From: a virus
Lineage: Duplodnaviria; Caudoviricetes
DNA length: 64,000 nt
Virus record (IMG/VR): IMGVR_UViG_3300044645_001661
Strand: one strand, 5' to 3'
Part shown: piece after piece, positions 8,873 to 15,220 of the stretch
Position numbering within the stretch: the stretch's first letter is position 1
Layout: each line of letters begins with the position of its first letter
Made by a program: the position numbers and the translations under genes
The notes under the pieces: generated by a model
What the model saw: the letters and a program-made list of their open reading frames with translations, nothing else
Databases searched by the model: none
What the model was told of the DNA's origin: nothing

Positions 8873-9835
8873 ATGGCAAAGTATTCAGAGCGAATGATTC
8901 GTGAAAACCAAAGACCAGGTGGATATAATGGTATTTGTTTTGGTCTTTTACATGATGAAGCAAGAAATAAGTTTTATGATGAATCACTCAAAAGGGCAAA
9001 AAATAAACGTGTTGTTGATGTTGGATCTGGTAGTGGATTGTTAGGGTTTTTAGCATTAAAACACGGGGCAAAGCATGTAACTTTTATTGAACAGAATCCA
9101 ACGTCTTATTGTCATATAAGAAAGGTATCTGAGATTATGGGAATTGATAAATCCCGTTATCGTATTATTAATGATGAGTTTGTTGCAAGTCGATGGGATG
9201 AATATCGATTAAACAATCCTGATATGATTGTACATGAATTAGTTGGTAGTTATATTTGGAATGATACAATTGGACAGGCATTTAATCAGTTCATACCTAA
9301 TGTAGAGATTATACCAAACTTATATGAATTAAAGTTTAGTATTGTTCCATTAAGTGAGTCTGGTTTTAATTATCTGCGTAAGTATCAAAATCAAGAGTCT
9401 ATTGAGAAGAGAACATTCTTGGATGTACGTGTTCCTATTGATAAGAAGTTTATTGCTTATTATGAGAACGTTTTAAATGATTATGATTATGAGATAGGTA
9501 TAGTACCTAGAGGAATGAGATCAATGCATGATGAATTGTTTGAGAGTTTATATTCATCTAAGATAGAGTATTATACACATGTATTTGATATTAATAAGGA
9601 GAAGGATTATAAGAGTAATACTATTGCATCGTTTAACTTACCTAAGACAGATAATCCTTATTTAATTTTTATTCATCCTTATCTTCACTCTAAGAAGAAT
9701 ACATTAGACTTTGTAGAGAGTACATCCTTTACTGGTCATCGTAGACCTATACTGATTCCTCCTCATGGTGAGTATAAGAAGTTAACGTATGATGTATTGA
9801 AGAATTATATGACGATTGATGATGTAAAAGTATAG
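8873..9835 (+). CDS. class I SAM-dependent methyltransferase, PRMT-like
   Basis: LLHDEARNKFY, VVDVGSGSGLL, TFIEQN, DMIVHELVGSYIWND. Confidence 0.85.
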   Translation: MAKYSERMIRENQRPGGYNGICFGLLHDEARNKFYDESLKRAKNKRVVDVGSGSGLLGFLALKHGAKHVTFIEQNPTSYCHIRKVSEIMGIDKSRYRIINDEFVASRWDEYRLNNPDMIVHELVGSYIWNDTIGQAFNQFIPNVEIIPNLYELKFSIVPLSESGFNYLRKYQNQESIEKRTFLDVRVPIDKKFIAYYENVLNDYDYEIGIVPRGMRSMHDELFESLYSSKIEYYTHVFDINKEKDYKSNTIASFNLPKTDNPYLIFIHPYLHSKKNTLDFVESTSFTGHRRPILIPPHGEYKKLTYDVLKNYMTIDDVKV

Positions 9836-10011
9836 TTTTTAATGTTTTTATATTAAAAAATGTATTAAAAAACATATAATAGTGTTTTTATTATCGTATT
9901 ACATTAGTGTTATATGGTAGTCTTATAGTGTTATTATCTCTTATAATAGTACTGAATCCTTTGGTTATTATACCTTTTATACCTCTGGATCCTTGTGATC
10001 TTAGACTGCGT

Positions 10012-10040
10012 ATTATAGCACAACCGCGAAAAAATGTCAA
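10012..10040 (-). promoter_or_regulatory. leftward sigma70-type promoter TTGACA-17-TATAAT with extended TG
   Basis: plus strand TGTCAA 10035-10040 and ATTATA 10012-10017; perfect consensus. Confidence 0.85.
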
Positions 10041-10071
10041 GCCCCCCGCCCAAAAAATATAAGGACGCGGC

Positions 10072-10100
10072 ATTTTATCACACACGCCCCCGTTTGTCAA
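10072..10100 (-). promoter_or_regulatory. leftward sigma70-type promoter TTGACA-17-TAAAAT with extended TG
   Basis: plus strand TGTCAA 10095-10100 and ATTTTA 10072-10077. Confidence 0.85.
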
Positions 10101-10108
10101 CTCCCAGG

Positions 10109-10329
10109 ATCTCGACGAGACTGCACGGTTATATCTCGACTAGATCACATAATCATATAACACTATCATTATATCATAAGATCTCGACGAGTCATATCAC
10201 AATATAACATCAGTATTATATCATACAATCTAGACGATATCATGTCACAGTATCATCACATAACATCATAATTAGTCACAATTATCTCGACGAGTATCAT
10301 ATATAACATCAATAAGATCTCGACGAGAT
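10109..10329. repeat. six copies of the 13-bp interrupted palindrome ATCTCG-A-CGAGAT
   Basis: starts at 10109, 10133, 10181, 10228, 10284, 10317; 0-2 mismatches; G-poor spacers. Confidence 0.9.
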
Positions 10330-10342
10330 CATGTGATGTCAC

Positions 10343-10371
10343 TTGACAAGACTTGCCGTATCATGTACACT
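10343..10371 (+). promoter_or_regulatory. sigma70-type promoter TTGACA-17-TACACT
   Basis: seen in sequence; perfect palindrome copy centred 43 bp upstream of the -10. Confidence 0.8.
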
Positions 10372-10395
10372 GTACACAGTTCGCACAAAGTTCTC

Positions 10396-10566
10396 ATGGG
10401 TAACACCGCATTCCTGGAAGCACAGAAGCACAAGTATCGCGTCACTCTAGAACTAGACGTTCTTGGAGATTTCGATCCTCATAATATCAACTGGGAGAAG
10501 TTGTTTGATCTTAATCCTGCAGAGAGTGTCAAATCTTATGTCGAAGACCTAGACTATCATTGGTAA
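10396..10566 (+). CDS. small conserved cyanophage-type protein (start ATG 10396)
   Basis: the longer ORF-track start overlaps the promoter; YRVTLELDV...INWEKLFDL. Confidence 0.75.
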   Translation: MGNTAFLEAQKHKYRVTLELDVLGDFDPHNINWEKLFDLNPAESVKSYVEDLDYHW

Positions 10567-10737
10567 CATAACATCATAGCATAAGGGATCCTGATGCGTC
10601 AAGTATGACGCACCCTTATGTGTATAAGTATTTCAAAGCTGGGGAAGTGGCGATGTATTGTCGTCCTCAGGGATACCTCTCCCCTCTTCTGGTTGTCTAC
10701 AAAAGATACATCAGAACGCCCGCAAAACCTGCATTGG

Positions 10738-10795
10738 GTGCCAGTTTGTGAACTGGTCACATGTGGCACAAGGTCCTAGGAGCAGCGGTTATAGT
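10738..10795 (+). promoter_or_regulatory. box A (GTGCCAGTT-tgtg-AACTGGTCAC) promoter, -10 TATAGT 10790-10795
   Basis: palindrome 10738-10760, ending 30 bp before the -10; no -35 consensus. Confidence 0.65.
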
Positions 10796-10819
10796 TGCTG
10801 GGCAAACGCAATTCGACCG

Positions 10820-11023
10820 ATGATTTTTTTGACATCTACCAATCATGGTTGTGTGTATACTCTGTCTCAAGAGGACGGTGATGAGTTGTACTTTGCACCC
10901 ATCTATGCAGACGGAACTGTTAACCTGGAGGAGTTCGCTCCTGTGGATATGAGTACTGTTGACATGGATGACATGGAGGTGTATGATATCCGTAACCGAC
11001 TGGTTGCCCTGTCCAATCTCTGA
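10820..11023 (+). CDS. hypothetical protein, 67 aa (start ATG 10820)
   Basis: downstream of the box A promoter; C-terminal part of ORF-track 10658..11023. Confidence 0.7.
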   Translation: MIFLTSTNHGCVYTLSQEDGDELYFAPIYADGTVNLEEFAPVDMSTVDMDDMEVYDIRNRLVALSNL

Positions 11024-11067
11024 ACTGGCACAAGGGGGTTGACAGGACCCCCACCATCGGTTAAATT
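11010..11067 (+). promoter_or_regulatory. box A (degenerate left half, AACTGGCAC 11023-11031) + TTGACA-17-TAAATT; GGGGG/CCCCC stem brackets the -35
   Basis: seen in sequence; box ends 31 bp before the -10. Confidence 0.8.
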
Positions 11068-11093
11068 TAAATCGTTCACCACTCAACCAAACA

Positions 11094-11558
11094 ATGGGAA
11101 CCCGCTCTCGCATCGGTTACGAACTTCCTGATCACTCTGTGGTTAGTGTTTACTGCCACTGGGATGGTTATGTAGAGAACAACGGTCGCATTCTGGTAGA
11201 GCACTATCAGAACCGCGATGATGTACAAGAACTCATCGATGGTGGTTCAATGTCAACTCTTCGTACCACTCACACCTGGGAGAGTGCTGCTCTTCGGGAT
11301 GAGAACGGCAAGATCATCGAAGATGATGCGGGCAGTTGGTCCTATTCCAACACTCGTGATCCTCAACCACTGTATCATTCTGAGCGTGGTGAGAATAACG
11401 AACCAGATGTCACTGACTTCGATATGTTTGTCTCTGGTAAAATGGGTGGCGAAGAGTATGCTTACCTGTATGATCTCAATGGTAACTGGAAAGCATACAA
11501 GATCGGTTGGGGACCTGTTGAACGTGTGGACATCCCCAACTACGTGACAGCAGCATAA
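11094..11558 (+). CDS. conserved phage protein (GTRSRIG...VYCHWDGY family)
   Basis: widely seen phage motif; function unknown. Confidence 0.85.
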   Translation: MGTRSRIGYELPDHSVVSVYCHWDGYVENNGRILVEHYQNRDDVQELIDGGSMSTLRTTHTWESAALRDENGKIIEDDAGSWSYSNTRDPQPLYHSERGENNEPDVTDFDMFVSGKMGGEEYAYLYDLNGNWKAYKIGWGPVERVDIPNYVTAA

Positions 11559-11601
11559 CTGTCACACTGGTCCTGGGCAAGACGCTAAACTGCCCTATAC
11601 T
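11544..11601 (+). promoter_or_regulatory. box A (GTGACAGCA-gcat-AACTGTCAC) promoter, -10 TATACT
   Basis: box ends 31 bp before the -10; GGGCA/TGCCC stem in the spacer; no -35 consensus. Confidence 0.75.
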
Positions 11602-11622
11602 TCATTCAGTTCAAACAAACCA

Positions 11623-11772
11623 ATGAACTTCACCATTAACGAACTCTCTGCTCTCTCTGATCTAATCTCCTTCCATGATGATTGGGATGAGGTAAGTGAG
11701 CGTGTTGGTTGCAATGTTTATGATCTTTATGAAAAGATCATGGGTGCAATGGATTCTGCAGGGGAGAGTTGA
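11623..11772 (+). CDS. acidic 49-aa protein, not in ORF track
   Basis: read from sequence; follows the promoter at 11596. Confidence 0.7.
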   Translation: MNFTINELSALSDLISFHDDWDEVSERVGCNVYDLYEKIMGAMDSAGES

Positions 11773-11774
11773 TC

Positions 11775-11996
11775 ATGTCACTCTCTAACAAATCAGTCAA
11801 CCGAATTGCTGCTGCACTTGTTGAAGAAGTTACTGAAGAACTTGTTGAGACTGGTGCATGGTTAGATTTCCTCCACACTAACATTGGTGGAATCATCACC
11901 GATAAACTTGGTGAAGTTGATGATGAAGTTCTAGCAGAACTGATTATGTGTGTCGCAGATCGAATTGGTATGAAACCATACACAGATCTCGACTAG
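11775..11996 (+). CDS. acidic hypothetical protein
   Basis: ORF track (first ATG used). Confidence 0.7.
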   Translation: MSLSNKSVNRIAAALVEEVTEELVETGAWLDFLHTNIGGIITDKLGEVDDEVLAELIMCVADRIGMKPYTDLD

Positions 11997-12086
11997 ATGC
12001 GTGTCACGTATCATATCAATCTCGACGAGATACGTGACGCATCACTTGACTAGATCAAATAATCATGTTATTATGATCTAGTCAAC
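11986..12086 (+). promoter_or_regulatory. two 13-bp palindrome copies (11986, 12019) and tRNA promoter TTGACT-17-TATTAT inside nested inverted repeats
   Basis: TTGACTAGATCA/TGATCTAGTCAA and GATGCGT..CACGTATC/GATACGTGACGCATC inverted repeats. Confidence 0.8.
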
Positions 12087-12091
12087 CACAA

Positions 12092-12175
12092 GGGGATGTG
12101 GTGGAATCGGTAGACACAACAGACTTAAAATCTGTCGGAGGCAACTCTGTGGGGGTTCAAGTCCCCCCGTCCCTA
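12092..12175 (+). tRNA. trnL: tRNA-Leu(UAA), no intron, CCA not encoded
   Basis: acceptor GGGGATG/CGTCCCT, anticodon arm ACAGA-CTTAAAA-TCTGT, long variable arm, T arm GGGGG-TTCAAGT-CCCCC. Confidence 0.95.
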
Positions 12176-12235
12176 TTACCTCTTCAATGGTATAATGTAC
12201 CATAAGAGGTCCAAACTCTCCTTCTAGAGGCACTC

Positions 12236-12376
12236 ATGCACGAATCCACGCTTGATATGTTCTGCTCTCATGACAACGACAATCTGGATATTGATGATGC
12301 TTTCCTATGTGCATTTGAGGAAGAAGCGGCTAAGTTAGAAATTACAGTAGATTATTATATGGCAGAGTTCCTGTAA
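12236..12376 (+). CDS. acidic 46-aa protein (EAAKLEITVDYYMAEF), not in ORF track
   Basis: read from sequence; GAGG upstream; motif familiar from cyanophage small genes. Confidence 0.7.
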   Translation: MHESTLDMFCSHDNDNLDIDDAFLCAFEEEAAKLEITVDYYMAEFL

Positions 12377-12458
12377 TATAATGGGGAAGGTGTTTGCCCT
12401 AAAAGTTACACTGTTACGCAGTTAATATTCTTTTAAATTAATGGGTGGATATGGTATC

Positions 12459-12489
12459 AAGACCTGGGGTGGTGCCCAGGTCTTTTTTT
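12459..12489 (+). terminator. intrinsic terminator
   Basis: AAGACCTGGG-gtggtg-CCCAGGTCTT followed by a T run. Confidence 0.85.
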
Positions 12490-12506
12490 ATGTTTTGTAA
12501 CAGACC

Positions 12507-12534
12507 TTGCCAGGGGGTGCTGGTGTGGTATGAT
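12507..12534 (+). promoter_or_regulatory. sigma70-type promoter TTGCCA-16-TG-g-TATGAT
   Basis: directly after the terminator, before ATG 12560. Confidence 0.65.
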
Positions 12535-12559
12535 TTGAAGGTCACCACGGGAGAACCCC

Positions 12560-12691
12560 ATGACTCTGGTTTGTGCCTCTGACATCGCCACCCGCCAACT
12601 GGTGTGGGTGAAGAACGCCACCGCCACTGGTGTGCCAGCTGCAGCACCGTCCCATGTTTGGGCAGATCTCGGTCGCCGTGGTATGATTTGA
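12560..12691 (+). CDS. 43-aa protein (MTLVCASDIATRQLVWV...), not in ORF track
   Basis: read from sequence; CCCC-ATG start context shared with neighbours. Confidence 0.6.
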   Translation: MTLVCASDIATRQLVWVKNATATGVPAAAPSHVWADLGRRGMI

Positions 12692-12712
12692 TTGTTCAAC
12701 ACCTGAACCACC

Positions 12713-12883
12713 ATGATCGCTGATCTCAACGGTTGCTTCCAACGTAATCCCGACATTCTCAAAGATGTTTGTGAGCACCGTGTTCAAATGGCAAACTTTG
12801 TATTAAGTTTTAACGAAAAGGATCCTGTTGAAAGTGCATGGTATCGTAGCGAAATCCGTCATTACAAACTCTATGATGTCTGA
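12713..12883 (+). CDS. 56-aa protein, not in ORF track
   Basis: read from sequence; TTCAACACCTGAACC leader. Confidence 0.6.
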   Translation: MIADLNGCFQRNPDILKDVCEHRVQMANFVLSFNEKDPVESAWYRSEIRHYKLYDV

Positions 12884-12937
12884 TCAGTAACGCTTATGGG
12901 TCAGGGGGTTGACTCCTGACCCACCCCATGCCAAACT
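12882..12937 (+). promoter_or_regulatory. box B (reverse orientation, GATCAG-N5-CTTATG) + TTGACT-17-TG-c-CAAACT; GGGTCAGG/CCTGACCC stem around the -35
   Basis: 12880-12902 is the reverse complement of 15139-15161 with 2 mismatches. Confidence 0.75.
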
Positions 12938-12961
12938 ACGTTTGTTCACCACTGAACCCCA

Positions 12962-13405
12962 ATGATTACCGAAACCGATCTGCAGTTCTTTGAGACCCAC
13001 TATCAAGCGGTTGAGAATCTTGGTATTCTCAATGTGTTTGAAGATCGTGAGGATCGTATTCGCTTCCGTGCCATCTCTAAGATGATGGAAGATCTTCTGG
13101 CACCTAAAAAAGAAAAGATCTCTCTCACTGAAGAAGAAATTCAACCCATCTTCCGCGAGTATCTTAACGCTTATACTTTTGACGGTAAGGTTAAAGTTTT
13201 TAACCGCAAGATTGCTGCTGAAGGTGTTCAATCCTTCCGCAAGAATCCTATTGCAACTGTCATGGGTATTCATGGGCAACTGGTGTATCATGACAACTGC
13301 AATCACAGCATTGTAAAGTCTTTTGATCGCACTGGTAAAACTCTGAAATCGATGATGTCTCAGTATAATGAACTGATCGGTTTTGAGCGGTTCAAGATCG
13401 ACTGA
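12962..13405 (+). CDS. hypothetical protein
   Basis: ORF track; own promoter and TTCACCACTGAAC leader. Confidence 0.8.
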   Translation: MITETDLQFFETHYQAVENLGILNVFEDREDRIRFRAISKMMEDLLAPKKEKISLTEEEIQPIFREYLNAYTFDGKVKVFNRKIAAEGVQSFRKNPIATVMGIHGQLVYHDNCNHSIVKSFDRTGKTLKSMMSQYNELIGFERFKID

Positions 13406-13459
13406 CACATTAAGAACTGTCACAGGGGGGCATCCGTGCCTCCCATCATGCCCTAAGAT
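13402..13459 (+). promoter_or_regulatory. box A (CTGACACAT-taag-AACTGTCAC) promoter, -10 TAAGAT
   Basis: box ends 31 bp before the -10; GGGGGGCA/TGCCTCCC stem; no -35 consensus. Confidence 0.75.
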
Positions 13460-13482
13460 TACTTCGTTCACCACTGAATCCC

Positions 13483-13620
13483 ATGCCTGAACTCTCCTGG
13501 ATTGATGATGTTCCGATGCCCGCAATGTCGGAAGAAGAGTATAATCAATCTGAAGAGCATTATGAAGATTCGGATTGGTGGAATGATCCCAACTGTGTAA
13601 TGTCCCGTCATCACTATTGA
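13483..13620 (+). CDS. acidic 45-aa protein (WNDPN..SRHHY), not in ORF track
   Basis: read from sequence. Confidence 0.7.
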   Translation: MPELSWIDDVPMPAMSEEEYNQSEEHYEDSDWWNDPNCVMSRHHY

Positions 13621-13623
13621 ATC

Positions 13624-13764
13624 ATGTTTGAACTTCTTGCTGCCGCTTACATGATCGGTCAGGTTCAAGTTGGACCTAACATGATCCAAACTAATTACAT
13701 CAACGAAGACAAACAAATCATCACTGTCACTGAAGTGATTCAAGAGGTTCCTAATGCAAATTGA
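13624..13764 (+). CDS. 46-aa protein, not in ORF track
   Basis: read from sequence; fills the gap. Confidence 0.6.
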   Translation: MFELLAAAYMIGQVQVGPNMIQTNYINEDKQIITVTEVIQEVPNAN

Positions 13765-13936
13765 TCGTGATTCTCTCATCGCTGATTATGCTCAGCAGAT
13801 CCTAGATGGGATGGACATGAAGACAATGGAGTGCTTCGTTTATGACACTCTGAAGGACAATCTTTCATCGTATTCTGATGAGGAATTGATTGAAGAAGTG
13901 ACAGAGTATAACCCCGAACTTCTAGAAAATGCCTAA
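13754..13936 (+). CDS. acidic hypothetical protein
   Basis: ORF track. Confidence 0.75.
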   Translation: MQIDRDSLIADYAQQILDGMDMKTMECFVYDTLKDNLSSYSDEELIEEVTEYNPELLENA

Positions 13937-14012
13937 AGTATAAATCATTACAGGATGGTTGGTATCTTGATTGTCATTGATACCATAAAACTCTACTGAG
14001 TGCTTCCCATCC

Positions 14013-14070
14013 TACCCAATTCTTGAACTGGCACATACCGCTTGACATGCTGCCAGGGATCGCTTAATCT
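14013..14070 (+). promoter_or_regulatory. box A (degenerate left half, AACTGGCAC 14026-14034) + TTGACA-17-TAATCT
   Basis: box ends 31 bp before the -10. Confidence 0.8.
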
Positions 14071-14141
14071 GTTATCAACAAGCGGGGGTGAAGCATCCCG
14101 CTCAAAACACTTCACTCAAACCCTTACATTGTGATTTAATT

Positions 14142-14369
14142 ATGTCTCAGTTCGCTTTTACCTCTTCTGCCATCGAAAGCATCTCTGATGTGAATGATGG
14201 TAAAGTGACCATCACCTTCAACGGTGGTCGTGAGTATACCTACGGTGTGCAAGATGTTGAGATGTTCGTGTCTCAACTGAGCACCGTGATTGCAGAACAG
14301 CAGTCGGTGGGTCGTTTTGTAAACAATGCTATCAAGACTGAGCAACTGCTTGCAGTGACCGCCGCCTGA
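14142..14369 (+). CDS. KTSC-domain protein (start ATG 14142)
   Basis: SSAIESI...VTITFNGGREYTY...SVGRFVNNAIK fits the KTSC pattern. Confidence 0.7.
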   Translation: MSQFAFTSSAIESISDVNDGKVTITFNGGREYTYGVQDVEMFVSQLSTVIAEQQSVGRFVNNAIKTEQLLAVTAA

Positions 14370-14424
14370 TAGTACAATACGGGAGGAGGCAACTCCTCCC
14401 ATTCCACAATCAACATAAAGAACC

Positions 14425-14583
14425 ATGGAACAATTTTTCGACACCGAAGAGTTCACCATCTTTGATCTTGTTGATGAATGCCAACCTCGTGAAGAATTAA
14501 CTTCTGAGGCAAAGCGTATGCTTAATGAAGTTGATGAGTATGATGACTATTCAGAAAGTTCAACCGATTTTGATTATGATTAA
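14425..14583 (+). CDS. very acidic 52-aa protein, not in ORF track
   Basis: read from sequence; GNRA-hairpin leader at 14381-14400. Confidence 0.65.
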   Translation: MEQFFDTEEFTIFDLVDECQPREELTSEAKRMLNEVDEYDDYSESSTDFDYD

Positions 14584-14641
14584 TCTCGACTAGTTAATCA
14601 TCATAATCTCGTCGAGTTATATCATAACATCTCGACGAGAT
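14583..14641. repeat. three 13-bp palindrome copies at 23-bp spacing
   Basis: ATCTCGACTAG 14583, ATCTCGTCGAG 14606, ATCTCGACGAGAT 14629. Confidence 0.85.
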
Positions 14642-14676
14642 ACACACAACACACCATTGAAATTCTTCTCTTTAAC

Positions 14677-14811
14677 ATGGAAACTCGTTCGCTTCTTCTC
14701 TCGCTCCTTCGTAAAGGTCAAACTGGTGAAGAAATTCTCCAGATTCTGGAAACTATCACTAGTGGCGATGATGATAGTGATGGTGCTACCTTGAACCCAA
14801 TCGATTTCTGA
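14677..14811 (+). CDS. 44-aa protein (LLRKGQTGEEILQILE), not in ORF track
   Basis: read from sequence. Confidence 0.65.
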   Translation: METRSLLLSLLRKGQTGEEILQILETITSGDDDSDGATLNPIDF

Positions 14812-14815
14812 TACA

Positions 14816-15004
14816 ATGGAAACCGCATTCGTGACGCCTGTATCTAAAAAAGCAAAGAACCGATTTGCTAATCTTATGGGTGGAATTGATGAATGTATTG
14901 TAGAGCAGCATAAAGGTGATAAAGTATTTCTTACAAGTGTGAATGGTAAAAATCACTTCTGGGTTAATATAAACAAAGATCCAGACTGGATCATAGAGTT
15001 CTAA
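14816..15004 (+). CDS. conserved small protein (AKNRFANLM...KVFLTSVNGKNHFWVN)
   Basis: ORF track; terminator follows. Confidence 0.75.
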   Translation: METAFVTPVSKKAKNRFANLMGGIDECIVEQHKGDKVFLTSVNGKNHFWVNINKDPDWIIEF

Positions 15005-15015
15005 GATCATACCAC

Positions 15016-15041
15016 ACCCCGCAACTAGCGGGGTTTTTTTT
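15016..15041 (+). terminator. intrinsic terminator
   Basis: ACCCCGC-aacta-GCGGGGT + T8. Confidence 0.9.
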
Positions 15042-15081
15042 ATACTTAAGTATTGTATGCTTCCCACCCCTCCCGCCCTCT

Positions 15082-15197
15082 AGCGTAGGGGCGGTGCCCC
15101 CTAAAAGTCAACCCCTGGCTTATAAGCATTTCTGATGCGACCCATAAGCGAGACTGATCAGAAAACCCGTTGCAGGGTGCCCCCGATGCTGTAGGAT
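15082..15197. promoter_or_regulatory. divergent promoter pair around two tandem box B sites (15121-15137, 15143-15159)
   Basis: leftward TTGACT (15106-11)-18-TACGCT (15082-87); rightward TTGCAG (15170-75)-16-TAGGAT (15192-97). Confidence 0.65.
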
Positions 15198-15220
15198 TCG
15201 ATCAACGCCAACCCACCCCC

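Noticed and set aside
9891-10100. 69-aa minus-strand ORF
   Set aside because: its start lies on the -35 of one promoter and it runs through both promoters; no SD; composition looks non-coding
10109-10329. palindrome array as a mini-CRISPR
   Set aside because: the repeat is only 13 bp, spacers are 11-43 bp and low-complexity, and no cas genes are present in the window
12438-12787. three minus-strand ORFs (12438, 12457, 12542)
   Set aside because: the region is explained by two plus-strand microgenes with promoter, leader and terminator context
12884-13525. 213-aa minus-strand ORF
   Set aside because: antisense shadow of 12962..13405, which has its own promoter and leader
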